Virus record (IMG/VR): IMGVR_UViG_3300046665_000548
Span: 434,001-498,000 of that record
Direction: 5' to 3' (one strand)
Length of the DNA stretch: 64,000 nt
This document shows positions 26,753-35,501 of this stretch, one piece after another (positions within the stretch are counted from its first letter, which is position 1; the number at the start of each line of letters is the position of its first letter). A program made the translations under genes and the position numbers. The notes below the pieces were generated by a model. That model was not told the origin of the DNA. It saw nothing but the letters and a program-made list of their open reading frames with translations, and did no database searches.

Positions 26753-27358
26753 ATGTACGAAAAAGTTCACGCCTACTTTCAAGATGATGCCGAGCCGGTG
26801 CTCAATGAGATGCACTACAAGGACATCATGGGGGAAATTCTACCCAACAACGTGGCGGGGCAGCCATTAAACAAGCTCCCGTTCCGTGACTGGGCTCCGT
26901 TGATCCCCTTTGTAAAGTACCAAGGCTACAAACAAAACGTCATGAAGTTTTTTGTCCCCAACAAGTTCAATGGTTGGGAGACGTATATCATGTTCGATGA
27001 ATGGACCGAACAGATGCAGGACGCAAACTTGAAAGCTCCTGAGGTGGCTCGCCTTCTCCTATGGGGTGGCAACCTTCGTCTGCATTGCGGCTGCCCAAGT
27101 TTCTCTTTCTGGGGCTTCGAGTACATCTGCACGCAACTTGATGCTGCGATCATTCCTGAGGTTCGTTATCCTCATATTCGCAATCCTGAATTGAAGGGCA
27201 TTTGCTGCAAACATTTGATTCGCACGCTCAAGGTTCTTCCGTTCCATCTTGGCAGCATGGCGTCAGCGATTGTTGAGCAGCGCCGGGCTCTCGGTATTCA
27301 TGGCGCTCAGGCGCAAGACCCGGCGCAATCTGGGCAAGACCAACCCCACGATCATTGA
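26753..27358 (+). CDS. SWIM-type Zn-finger-like protein
   Basis: LHCGCPSF...GICCKHL. Confidence 0.6.
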   Translation: MYEKVHAYFQDDAEPVLNEMHYKDIMGEILPNNVAGQPLNKLPFRDWAPLIPFVKYQGYKQNVMKFFVPNKFNGWETYIMFDEWTEQMQDANLKAPEVARLLLWGGNLRLHCGCPSFSFWGFEYICTQLDAAIIPEVRYPHIRNPELKGICCKHLIRTLKVLPFHLGSMASAIVEQRRALGIHGAQAQDPAQSGQDQPHDH

Positions 27359-27366
27359 GGCTGAAC

Positions 27367-28125
27367 ATGACGTTCGAACGCGCGATCCGAGAACTCCTGT
27401 CCGAAAACGATAAAGGTGCGGAAGCCCTGTTCCGAGCTTACCTCAAAGAAGAGGGAACTCGAATTGCATCCATGCTTGCGGAAGACGATGACTACAGTGG
27501 CGGTGACAGTAGCGGTGACACCTCATCAGTAAGCGACACGGGAGGCACGGATACGGCCACTTATGCGGATGCGGGCGACACCACCGCGACGACCGAGCCG
27601 TCTCAGCCTTCAGAACCCGCTACGAGCCCGTCTGAGCCCGCTCCAAGCGTTAGCGAGCCCAGCACTGCGCCGAGCGCATCTAACGCGTCCACGGCCCCCA
27701 CAGACACCGCTGCGTCCGCGCCAGCGCCTTCCGCCCCGGCCCAATCAGCGCCCGCATCGACACCTTCGAGCAGCAGTGCTCCTAACTTTGGATCGATGAT
27801 CTCTAGCCTTGGATCAGGTAGCAATCCGATTGGCGGCGCGATCTCCAGTATCGCATCTCAAATTCCTGGCGGTATCGGTAATGCAATCGGCAGCATTGCC
27901 GGTGGAGGAGGCAATCCTATGAGTGCCATTTCCAGCATGATTCCTGGCGGCGCTGGTGGTATCAGTAACGCAATCGGCGGCATTGCTGGCGGAAACCCGA
28001 TGGGCGCAGTTTCGAATATCGCCTCTCAGATTCCCGGAGTAGGTGGCCTCGTGAACAACATCGCTCAGGGCAACATTGGCGGCATGGTCCAGCAGGGACT
28101 AGACTTGGCTAAGCGTCGCCGTTAA
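27367..28125 (+). CDS. Low-complexity S/T/P/A- and Gly-rich repeat protein
   Basis: Disordered-looking middle region; GGNPM/SQIPGG imperfect repeats. Confidence 0.7.
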   Translation: MTFERAIRELLSENDKGAEALFRAYLKEEGTRIASMLAEDDDYSGGDSSGDTSSVSDTGGTDTATYADAGDTTATTEPSQPSEPATSPSEPAPSVSEPSTAPSASNASTAPTDTAASAPAPSAPAQSAPASTPSSSSAPNFGSMISSLGSGSNPIGGAISSIASQIPGGIGNAIGSIAGGGGNPMSAISSMIPGGAGGISNAIGGIAGGNPMGAVSNIASQIPGVGGLVNNIAQGNIGGMVQQGLDLAKRRR

Positions 28126-28820
28126 ACGGCTCTTGCTTTCCACTTAGCCACTTCTACGTCGTAGTGCTCACGCCAAGTTTCCAACTTTGGAAACCACTTG
28201 TTCAAATCTTGTGAGTTCGTTTCAGCTAGATATCGCTGATAGTCGGTGTGGTACTCAACTGGAAGATCACCCGGATAATTGTCCGGGAGCAAGTCCAACA
28301 CAAAGTGATAACGTAGATTCTTTCCGCCATGCGTGACGGAATGTACTTTCATGTTGTTAATTTCGGCCAGCGTACCTACCGGCATGTGAGCGGTGTGCTC
28401 ATCCGTGAAATGCATGAGCACTTCGGGTTCCGTGACTAGCGGCAAGTGAAGACGATGGCATTCCGTGTAGATCGGATGGATGCCGTCGAAATGAGCCTTG
28501 ATGTCCAAATCGGGATAGAGCCGCGTAAGCATCGCTCGAACGAGTTTGCCCGGCACAAGCGTGCGAATTTGCTCTAATGTATCGAGCGCGAGACGGCCGA
28601 AATTGCTTTCTTCCCAACGCGCACGCTTATCGTAGACGGAGAATTTATCGTACAGGAATGGCGACCACATAAAGTGGAGAGATTCGGTGTGCTGAAAGTT
28701 GCTGAGTCGTTTGCGTCGCCAGTCACTGGCCCAAACCTCATCAGGAACCTCGGAGACGGCCTTTGCGATCTCCGTCACATCGATCTTGCCGAACTCTCTA
28801 ACCCATCCATCAAACCACAT
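28122..28820 (-). CDS. AspH-like 2OG-Fe(II) oxygenase
   Basis: RAMLTRL...AHFD...RLHLPLVT...NNMKVHSV...RYHFVLD. Confidence 0.8.
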   Translation of the reverse strand: MWFDGWVREFGKIDVTEIAKAVSEVPDEVWASDWRRKRLSNFQHTESLHFMWSPFLYDKFSVYDKRARWEESNFGRLALDTLEQIRTLVPGKLVRAMLTRLYPDLDIKAHFDGIHPIYTECHRLHLPLVTEPEVLMHFTDEHTAHMPVGTLAEINNMKVHSVTHGGKNLRYHFVLDLLPDNYPGDLPVEYHTDYQRYLAETNSQDLNKWFPKLETWREHYDVEVAKWKARAV

Positions 28821-28843
28821 AACCGGCCTCCATTAACACCGGT

Positions 28844-28851
28844 TATTTATC
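28844..28851 (-). promoter_or_regulatory. Late promoter GATAAATA
   Basis: Upstream of the GGAGG RBS of the AspH-like gene. Confidence 0.55.
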
Positions 28852-28852
28852 G

Positions 28853-29314
28853 TCATCCGGCTCTCATTGCCTCGAACAGCCCGACGTGAGCGATCTCGGT
28901 GATCTGTCCAGGTTTATGCGCCTGGATATCCTCGACATGTCGCTCAAGAACCTTGATCCGTTCAACGGGAAAGCTCCATCCCACGGAATTGACCGTCGTG
29001 AGGTCAGCGATTTCTTCTCGGCATGCGTTGAGCGCATGATCACGGACTTGATCGGGAATGGTCGCGCCAGTTGCCAAATAGGCAGCGGCGATCACCAACC
29101 ACTCTTCGGTGCTCCAGGGAACAGTTTTCCCTCGCAGTACCTTACCCGCGATGATCTTAGTTTCGCTCGCTTCCAAGCGCGAACGCACCTTTCGCGTCTC
29201 CGAAGGGTTGAAGTCAAGCGGATACAAATCATTGACACCAATCAGTCCTTCGATGTCGATGATCGTATCCATCGCACCATCGCTACCGAGGATATCAGGC
29301 GACCACGTTCCCAT
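28853..29314 (-). CDS. Hypothetical protein (DUF4259-like N-terminus)
   Basis: MGTWSPDILGSDGAMD. Confidence 0.55.
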   Translation of the reverse strand: MGTWSPDILGSDGAMDTIIDIEGLIGVNDLYPLDFNPSETRKVRSRLEASETKIIAGKVLRGKTVPWSTEEWLVIAAAYLATGATIPDQVRDHALNACREEIADLTTVNSVGWSFPVERIKVLERHVEDIQAHKPGQITEIAHVGLFEAMRAG

Positions 29315-29585
29315 GTTTCTTCCCCAGTTTGATGTGAAATTCGGAGATCATTCTATCCACCACGTCTGGCACATTTGGGCCGTTATGGCAAACCTCGGCG
29401 GCATGATCATCATCGTCATCGGTAATCGTGAATGAGACCACGCCGTTGACCAGTTCTTCACACTCGAACCAGTATCCGGCGTTGATGATATCATTGGCCA
29501 TCTGCTCGATCTCGGCCGGGCGGGAGATAGTTACAGGTTTCTTGCGCCCATCGGGGCGTAAGTATTGGGTAAACGGAATAGGCAT
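29295..29585 (-). CDS. Hypothetical protein
   Basis: MPIPFTQYLRPDGR...; in operon. Confidence 0.65.
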   Translation of the reverse strand: MPIPFTQYLRPDGRKKPVTISRPAEIEQMANDIINAGYWFECEELVNGVVSFTITDDDDDHAAEVCHNGPNVPDVVDRMISEFHIKLGKKHGNVVA

Positions 29586-29954
29586 TCAGGTGGCTCTCAG
29601 CAGGGTAACGGTCAATCCTTGATCGGGATTAGCTTCGCGGCGCTTCTCAAATCCCTTATCGGAAAGCTTGTTGCACACCCGGTGGAAAAAGTCTCCCCAA
29701 TACTTGCGCTGATCATCCGGCAACGCAGCAACCGGCAGCAAAATGGACGAGAGAGGCGCAGCGCCGTTCTTTCCGATGACCTTGCAGGTCCAATCCGGCG
29801 CACCCTTCAAAGTAAATTCGTAATCGCCCTCCTGGATGATCACGCCGTCCAGATAGTCCTCGGTCGGAGCGAAAGACGGCCCTACTGGAATCCACAGGTC
29901 AAACATGTGAGCATTATATGCGTCACCATCGAACAGTTGCGCTTCCATACTCAT
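29586..29954 (-). CDS. Hypothetical protein
   Basis: In-operon ORF. Confidence 0.6.
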   Translation of the reverse strand: MSMEAQLFDGDAYNAHMFDLWIPVGPSFAPTEDYLDGVIIQEGDYEFTLKGAPDWTCKVIGKNGAAPLSSILLPVAALPDDQRKYWGDFFHRVCNKLSDKGFEKRREANPDQGLTVTLLRAT

Positions 29955-29957
29955 GCA

Positions 29958-30140
29958 TCACCAACCCAATGATTTGGAAATCTCCGGCGAAAAACCGCCG
30001 AGATCATCAAAGAACCGTTTCTTGAAGTAGGAACCGGCATCGCCCGACAGCAGGGGATGGCCCGAGTCGGCAAAGCGCCACAGCTTGGCCATGCCGTAGC
30101 GATCCATGCCGTCGATTTGCGCTTTCTGTTCCGGCGTCAT
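29958..30140 (-). CDS. Small hypothetical protein
   Basis: TGATG-coupled, MTPEQKAQID. Confidence 0.6.
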   Translation of the reverse strand: MTPEQKAQIDGMDRYGMAKLWRFADSGHPLLSGDAGSYFKKRFFDDLGGFSPEISKSLGW

Positions 30141-30769
30141 CACGCCACTGCCTCCAGCGTGGCGAGCAGGTCGCGCGTGATCCGGACGCGGCAATTGTCC
30201 GGACGGCGAAACACGATCCGCTGGCCCTTGCGCTCGATCAGCGTCAGGGTGTCGGTTTCGCTGCCGTCATTCCATCGGACCATGTGGGGAAGCTTGTAGG
30301 TCACGCCCACGGTCAGAGTCTTGCGGCCCTCCGCCCTCTTGCGGCTAGCCGCGCGCCAATCACGCGCTGAAAGCGTGGGGTGATAGAAAAATTCTTCCTT
30401 GGGATGGGCGGCGCGCTTGGCCTCGGCCTCGGCAATGGCCTCCGGCTTGAACGGCGATAGCATGTCGAGCAGCTTGAGCGGGCACTTGGCCTCGACAGGA
30501 CCCGAGAACTCGCTCATGTCCTTGTAGCCCCAGTTGTAATCGTCGCCGCGAACCCACTTGGTGAGCAGCACCAAGCACAGGCGAACGTTGCCGTTTTCAT
30601 CCGGAACCAGGGAGGTCTCTTCATGGGCAGGGATTTGGATAACGACATGCGTCACGCCGAGCGACGACGACACCGCGACGATCTTTTTGGAATACTCCGC
30701 GCCAAACTGGCGCTCGATCCAGGAGCATTCGGTGTAGCCCTTCGGCCGATGCATGAAAAGCCAACCCAT
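30140..30769 (-). CDS. Hypothetical protein (DUF6927-like)
   Basis: MGWLF...WGYKDMSEFSGPVEAKCPLKLLDML. Confidence 0.6.
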   Translation of the reverse strand: MGWLFMHRPKGYTECSWIERQFGAEYSKKIVAVSSSLGVTHVVIQIPAHEETSLVPDENGNVRLCLVLLTKWVRGDDYNWGYKDMSEFSGPVEAKCPLKLLDMLSPFKPEAIAEAEAKRAAHPKEEFFYHPTLSARDWRAASRKRAEGRKTLTVGVTYKLPHMVRWNDGSETDTLTLIERKGQRIVFRRPDNCRVRITRDLLATLEAVA

Positions 30770-30794
30770 CGCGTGCGTCTCCTGTTGTCGATTC

Positions 30795-30822
30795 AATCTA
30801 CCACGAAAATGGTGAACGTCAA
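30795..30822 (-). promoter_or_regulatory. Early promoter TTGACG-N16-TAGATT
   Basis: Recurring motif. Confidence 0.75.
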
Positions 30823-30824
30823 GC

Positions 30825-31646
30825 TTAAAGCTCGACGGACAACATCTTGCGCACAGAGACAAGGCGCTCTTGGAGTTCAACCGCCTTGAACAGGCCATCG
30901 CCGTTCAACGCAGCGATCACCTTATCTCGAATGTCGTTGAGACGCTTCAATTCCACCTGTTCCGCGTTGGGCTTGGGCGGCGTCAAATCGATTGCGGGTT
31001 CGCCACGAGGGTCCTTTGCGCCCTGCACGCGTCCAGCCTCGAACATGTTCGAGAAATTGGGACGATAGGGCTCGCCCTTGCGAATCGTCGTGACATGATG
31101 GCCCTCATGAAGATTGCCGTCAGAGCCGATGCGTGGCAGGTCGTGGGCCTTCCAGTTCCCGACCAGCGCGATTGGGCGCATCATCTTTTCGCCCTTGTAG
31201 TCAACGATCTCGCCGCGCACAAACTCACCGAAACCGTTGCTGTAATGAACGATCTCACCGAGCTTCCTGGCCGCCCACCAGCGACCATGGTCGGAATCGG
31301 CGTCGGTGCCGAACAGCTTGGACATCTTTTCCAAGCTTTCGATCCGCGCAATGATTGCTGACTTGGGCAAGAAACCAACATCCCGGCTGGAATAGGCGTC
31401 GCCGTACGGCAGATGAATGAGGATACCGCTTCGACCCTTGTCGCCAACCATATAGCTGGCATGGCCGTCCGCCACGGGAGTGCTGAAAATCTTGCCCGTA
31501 TACGGGCCGTTGTAGCCGTTGGCGCGAAGCCATTCAGCCAGCTTGACCTGATGCTCTTCTTCGCGCTTTTGCTCGACCTTGGCGTCGTAGTTGCGGAAGT
31601 CTGGCGTCGGGGCAGGAACGGCATCCGGGCACGAATAGACCTTCAT
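30825..31646 (-). CDS. Hypothetical protein
   Basis: AGGAG RBS, 273 aa. Confidence 0.7.
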   Translation of the reverse strand: MKVYSCPDAVPAPTPDFRNYDAKVEQKREEEHQVKLAEWLRANGYNGPYTGKIFSTPVADGHASYMVGDKGRSGILIHLPYGDAYSSRDVGFLPKSAIIARIESLEKMSKLFGTDADSDHGRWWAARKLGEIVHYSNGFGEFVRGEIVDYKGEKMMRPIALVGNWKAHDLPRIGSDGNLHEGHHVTTIRKGEPYRPNFSNMFEAGRVQGAKDPRGEPAIDLTPPKPNAEQVELKRLNDIRDKVIAALNGDGLFKAVELQERLVSVRKMLSVEL

Positions 31647-31655
31647 GTTATTCTC

Positions 31656-32054
31656 CTATACTGCACGATGAAGAAGGGGACGCCCGGAAGGCGAGAACCC
31701 GGTGATCTCGAAATGCTCTTCGAAGCGGGCGATATCCGACAGCCTGTCGAAGATGATGAAAAAGTCCTTGTCGGCCGGGTTGTTAAGCACAACCCCATCG
31801 AAGCCGTTACCAAAGCGCGGCGTGCCGGTGGCCTCAGCGAGAAGCCAATTCGTGATGTTGGTGCGGAACATGAGCGCGTCCATACCAGCATGACCAGTCA
31901 GCTTTACACGAAAGCAATACCCGTTGCCGCGCAGGCCCTCGTAGGCGATCTTAATTTGACCGCGCCGCAAGTCCCTATCGTAAGGGTTCTTCATCAGGTG
32001 TTCAGGGCGTAAGCGACGAAATGACCGAGCGAGTCTCCCGGTGCGGCCTTCCAC
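31656..32054 (-). CDS. Hypothetical protein, possible paralogue-family member
   Basis: ITNWLLAE...FIIFDRLSDIARFEEHF; likely start MKNPY. Confidence 0.55.
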   Translation of the reverse strand: MEGRTGRLARSFRRLRPEHLMKNPYDRDLRRGQIKIAYEGLRGNGYCFRVKLTGHAGMDALMFRTNITNWLLAEATGTPRFGNGFDGVVLNNPADKDFFIIFDRLSDIARFEEHFEITGFSPSGRPLLHRAV

Positions 32055-32233
32055 TCGTAAAACGAGTGTTCCGTAAGCTGCTCGCGCTGTACAATCGACA
32101 TGATCGCACCCTTCGCATTGCGCAGCGGTTTCAAGTGAACACGGATTTCGGTCTGCGACCGAATCGTGACCAGTTCCACAGGCATAGTCATGTGGCGCTC
32201 AAGCTGGGTCTTGATCTGATTGGCGTCGAGCAC
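31994..32233 (-). CDS. Hypothetical protein
   Basis: AGGAG RBS after the promoter. Confidence 0.6.
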   Translation of the reverse strand: MLDANQIKTQLERHMTMPVELVTIRSQTEIRVHLKPLRNAKGAIMSIVQREQLTEHSFYEWKAAPGDSLGHFVAYALNT

Positions 32234-32255
32234 TGGCGTTCTCCTGTGTGGGTTT

Positions 32256-32283
32256 AATCTACCACGATTCGGACGAACGTCAA
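32256..32283 (-). promoter_or_regulatory. Early promoter TTGACG-N16-TAGATT
   Basis: Recurring motif. Confidence 0.75.
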
Positions 32284-32287
32284 GCGT

Positions 32288-32590
32288 TTAGTCTAGGGTA
32301 AAATCCTCTGGCAGGTAGCCATTTTGGATTAGAGTTGAGACGAACGTATCCGTAATCGATGCCATAGCTTCGGGCATATCTCCGATTTTGTCGATAAGTT
32401 CTGGTTCGTAATTGAACCCATCTCTAACCATGATTTCGCACATTTTCTTGACCAGTCCCTGGACTGGAACTTCGAGGATGTCCTTTTCATAGAACACTCC
32501 GGCGAGATGCCGAGTGATTTTCAAACCCAATTTGTCTAGAGCTTGATGACGGAGTGCTTGTCGAGATGTGAATGAGATAATTTCGACCAT
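32288..32590 (-). CDS. Hypothetical protein
   Basis: In-operon ORF. Confidence 0.6.
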   Translation of the reverse strand: MVEIISFTSRQALRHQALDKLGLKITRHLAGVFYEKDILEVPVQGLVKKMCEIMVRDGFNYEPELIDKIGDMPEAMASITDTFVSTLIQNGYLPEDFTLD

Positions 32591-32597
32591 CCAATAT

Positions 32598-33152
32598 TTA
32601 CTCTGGATGAGTAGCTACCGTTAGATCAACTAGCACGCCGTATGTTGCCGCGCGAGGATTCACGCTGAGCCAAACATCATTGTCTTGTGCGGACACCACG
32701 GCAGCGCCGTCGTACTGGTTATGCCCTTTGTAGAGTACAAGCGCGTGGTATGGGGGAATAATATCTGACTGGTAAATCGGATCGCCCAGTAGCTTTCGGC
32801 GTATGAGATGCAAGGGCGCTGTCCCGCCGTGAGTAATGATGACGTTCCCTTTACCTCGCTTGGAAATCGTAGCGATGCGTAAGCTACTAGCATTCAAAAC
32901 GAACGGGATACCTTCCTCTTTATTGATCGGTTCTCCACCATAACGATGTGCATGTTGAACCATAAATTTGAGGAAGAAATCTTCCGCCTCAGGAATGCTT
33001 CCAAAGTGGTTCTCTGGAATTGCATGCTCTAGTCGGAACTGTGATTCGTCCGAACCGTGCACTTTACCAACGACCAAATGGTGAACTACAAACACACCTT
33101 TGGTCCCACCAGGAGCAGGATTTTGTACGCAAAAATACGGATGCTCGTTCAC
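32598..33152 (-). CDS. Hypothetical protein
   Basis: Coupled to the DnaE-like gene. Confidence 0.6.
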   Translation of the reverse strand: MNEHPYFCVQNPAPGGTKGVFVVHHLVVGKVHGSDESQFRLEHAIPENHFGSIPEAEDFFLKFMVQHAHRYGGEPINKEEGIPFVLNASSLRIATISKRGKGNVIITHGGTAPLHLIRRKLLGDPIYQSDIIPPYHALVLYKGHNQYDGAAVVSAQDNDVWLSVNPRAATYGVLVDLTVATHPE

Positions 33153-33670
33153 TTCAGGAATTCACCAATCGAGAGACCATACCTGATTGGATCGATCTTA
33201 TGCACGCCGATTCTGTACAGGACATAACTGGCCACGGATGATCCACGACCGACGCCCCACACGATCTTGTTTTGGCGGAAGTGATCAACGAGGCACATCA
33301 TCGTCTGTAGAAGCGGAACAAGACCCCTCACCTCGAACAGGTCCATCTCTTCGTTGACGCGAGTCTTCTGATCGTCTCTCTCACAAAGACTCAATATGAA
33401 TTCACGCACGTCTACATCACGAAGATGCTCGCAAACAAGCCATTCGCTTCTCCGTCTGGCATGCTCCTCTTCGGGAGTACACGCCATCGGGCCAGGAGTG
33501 TGAAGGACGAACTCAGAACGATCCTGAGAGCGGCAGAGCGCATTGAAACGCTCTACAGCCTCGGAAGGATCGACCAGAACTCCTTGGATATCACCACCGG
33601 CATAGAGAATGCTCTCGATGTCGGCCAACTCAACAATCGTCCGACCCCAGGCATCAACTCTAGTCATCAA
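33149..33670 (-). CDS. Short DNA polymerase III alpha (DnaE)-like fragment
   Basis: RVNEEMDLF...VWGVGRGSSVASYVLYRIGVHKIDPIRYGLSIGEFLK parallels the DnaE GPGRGSGAGSLVAY...DP...FL segment. Confidence 0.75.
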   Translation of the reverse strand: MMTRVDAWGRTIVELADIESILYAGGDIQGVLVDPSEAVERFNALCRSQDRSEFVLHTPGPMACTPEEEHARRRSEWLVCEHLRDVDVREFILSLCERDDQKTRVNEEMDLFEVRGLVPLLQTMMCLVDHFRQNKIVWGVGRGSSVASYVLYRIGVHKIDPIRYGLSIGEFLK

Positions 33671-33672
33671 TA

Positions 33673-34416
33673 CTACTCGTCTTCTTTCTTCCCGCCGTCG
33701 ATGATCGTTGGCTTAAATGCTGGCCTAACGATCTCGGCTTCGTCCTTCTCAGTCTCGACCATCGTATCCAAACTGAATGCCCACTTCGGCGTCTTTGTCA
33801 GATCAGCATCCTCTGGCGGGATAACGTCCAATGTAGACGAATCATCCCTATTCCACCATGGCTTGTCAAAATAGTTTCGCTCTCCCATCCAACGATCCAT
33901 CGACGGAAGTAACTTGGTGGCGTCTCCTACGAAGGTGAAGCTCAAGCCAATGGGATTGTCAGACTTTATTTCGACCAGTCCGAATTCTACAGCATCCCCG
34001 CCAAGAGCGTTGAGTTTTGCCTGAAAAAGCGCTGCTAGAACATCATCGGTAGGATCGCCCGGCGTAATCATCAGAACGTTTGCTGTTCTATTCTTGCCTT
34101 CATCGTTGATGACTATTCCTAGTGCCTCTTCATTGTCACTCGAAAAAGCAATACTGCGAGAAACGATGCTATCGAACCAAAACTTCACCTTTGTCATGAC
34201 ATTGTTGAGTTGTGCTTCAGTCACGTCATCGTTGGGACAAACGTCAGCACGGATATGAAGCCGCGACGGCAGCATTACATTATCCGCAAGTCTAATGAGA
34301 CTTATGCGAGTATGAAAGCTAATGAATAGAGCTTCGCCATCATCATCGTCATCAATTGGGATCATTCGCATCTTTCTTCTTGTCGGCCCCTGGACCGAAC
34401 GTGTGATTTTCTTCAA
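33673..34416 (-). CDS. Conserved-looking hypothetical protein
   Basis: 247-aa ORF directly upstream of the DnaE-like gene. Confidence 0.7.
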   Translation of the reverse strand: MKKITRSVQGPTRRKMRMIPIDDDDDGEALFISFHTRISLIRLADNVMLPSRLHIRADVCPNDDVTEAQLNNVMTKVKFWFDSIVSRSIAFSSDNEEALGIVINDEGKNRTANVLMITPGDPTDDVLAALFQAKLNALGGDAVEFGLVEIKSDNPIGLSFTFVGDATKLLPSMDRWMGERNYFDKPWWNRDDSSTLDVIPPEDADLTKTPKWAFSLDTMVETEKDEAEIVRPAFKPTIIDGGKKEDE

Positions 34417-34750
34417 CAGGTCTATTAGAACGCGTGATCACAGGCTTAGGTCTGGACGCAGGAACGATCTTGCCCTTCGTGACAGGCTCTTGTTCTCTTC
34501 CTGCATTCGCCAGATCAGGGTCAGACTCGATAACGTCTGGGAACATGTTGCTCCGTTCCGTCACGATGAACCTGACTACTCGCTCCTGGCGCTCAAATTC
34601 AATCATCGCCAGTAATTCTTGCAACCGCGTGATGATCTCTGCGCCACCAAAACGATTGGCCCACACGAGACGAGCGTGAATATCCATGCTCTTTTGCATG
34701 AGTTCTTCATCACTCATCCCGGTAGGGTCGAAACCAAATAATCCAAACAT
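34352..34750 (-). CDS. Hypothetical protein
   Basis: Follows TATAAATA by 5 nt. Confidence 0.6.
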   Translation of the reverse strand: MFGLFGFDPTGMSDEELMQKSMDIHARLVWANRFGGAEIITRLQELLAMIEFERQERVVRFIVTERSNMFPDVIESDPDLANAGREQEPVTKGKIVPASRPKPVITRSNRPVEENHTFGPGADKKKDANDPN

Positions 34751-34755
34751 AACTG

Positions 34756-34763
34756 TATTTATA
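34756..34763 (-). promoter_or_regulatory. Late promoter TATAAATA (leaderless candidate)
   Basis: Perfect T4 consensus. Confidence 0.65.
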
Positions 34764-34956
34764 GGCGTTCAACGCGGGAGGCCCCGCCTGTTTCGCTTGA
34801 ACGTTGTGGGACAAAGTACCACCACGCGTCATCACCCCGAAGCTTCGCTTCCATGACCCATCGCTCTCGTACTTCTTGTACGTAGTCGGTAACCCTGAGC
34901 GCAGGCATGTTGCCTATGTCTACATAGACCACGAAGCGTTCTTTGGGTGGGGTCAT
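34759..34956 (-). CDS. Small hypothetical protein
   Basis: VYVDIGNMP...; ATGA-coupled. Confidence 0.6.
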   Translation of the reverse strand: MTPPKERFVVYVDIGNMPALRVTDYVQEVRERWVMEAKLRGDDAWWYFVPQRSSETGGASRVERL

Positions 34957-35396
34957 TTGGTCTTTGCGAGGCGAGCGATAATTCCCTTGATATCGGGTTT
35001 CGAATAGTTCGGACCCTTCAGCACCTTGCCGTCTTCGCGATAGATCGGCTTGCCGTCTTCGCCCAGCTTGGACATGTTGGAGCGCTGAATCTCGTTGAAG
35101 ATTTCATCCATCGGCAGGCCGTATGCGACGCCTGTTCCGTAAGCGATATAGATGATGTCGCCCAATGCGTCTGCGATCTCGACCAGATCGTTGTTCAGTT
35201 CGCCGTTGAGGTATTCCTGGTATTCTTCTTCAAGAAGGTCTTTGCGAAGCTCGCGCATGGCCTTGTCGGGTAGACCTGGAGTTTTGGTTCGGATGAGGTT
35301 GTAGGTTTCGTGAAACTTCCAAACGTCATGAAACGGGTGGGCTTGGGACTTAGAAATGTAAACATCTTCAAGCATAGAAATTGGTTTGTCGGTCAT
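34953..35396 (-). CDS. MazG-like / PRA-PH-like NTP pyrophosphohydrolase (possible dUTPase)
   Basis: LLEEEYQE, EIADALGDIIY, EIQRSNMSKLGEDGKPIYREDGKVLKGPNY. Confidence 0.88.
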   Translation of the reverse strand: MTDKPISMLEDVYISKSQAHPFHDVWKFHETYNLIRTKTPGLPDKAMRELRKDLLEEEYQEYLNGELNNDLVEIADALGDIIYIAYGTGVAYGLPMDEIFNEIQRSNMSKLGEDGKPIYREDGKVLKGPNYSKPDIKGIIARLAKTK

Positions 35397-35454
35397 AGTA
35401 AATGCCTTGAGCAAGTTATAACCAAATCTAGCACTCTGCTTTCCAATACTACAA

Positions 35455-35483
35455 AATAAAAAGGCGGGCACTTGGCCCGCCTT
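35455..35483 (-). terminator. Intrinsic terminator after the fibre genes
   Basis: AAGGCGGGC-caagt-GCCCGCCTT followed by a T-run on the minus strand. Confidence 0.8.
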
Positions 35484-35501
35484 AGTGTTCACGTTTTGTT
35501 C

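Noticed and set aside
16144-31361. Long antisense or alternative-frame ORFs (e.g. 16546..17376-, 24509..25270+, 25788..26681+, 30870..31361+)
   Set aside because: They overlap well-supported genes, lack motifs and RBS, and are expected from GC-biased codon usage.
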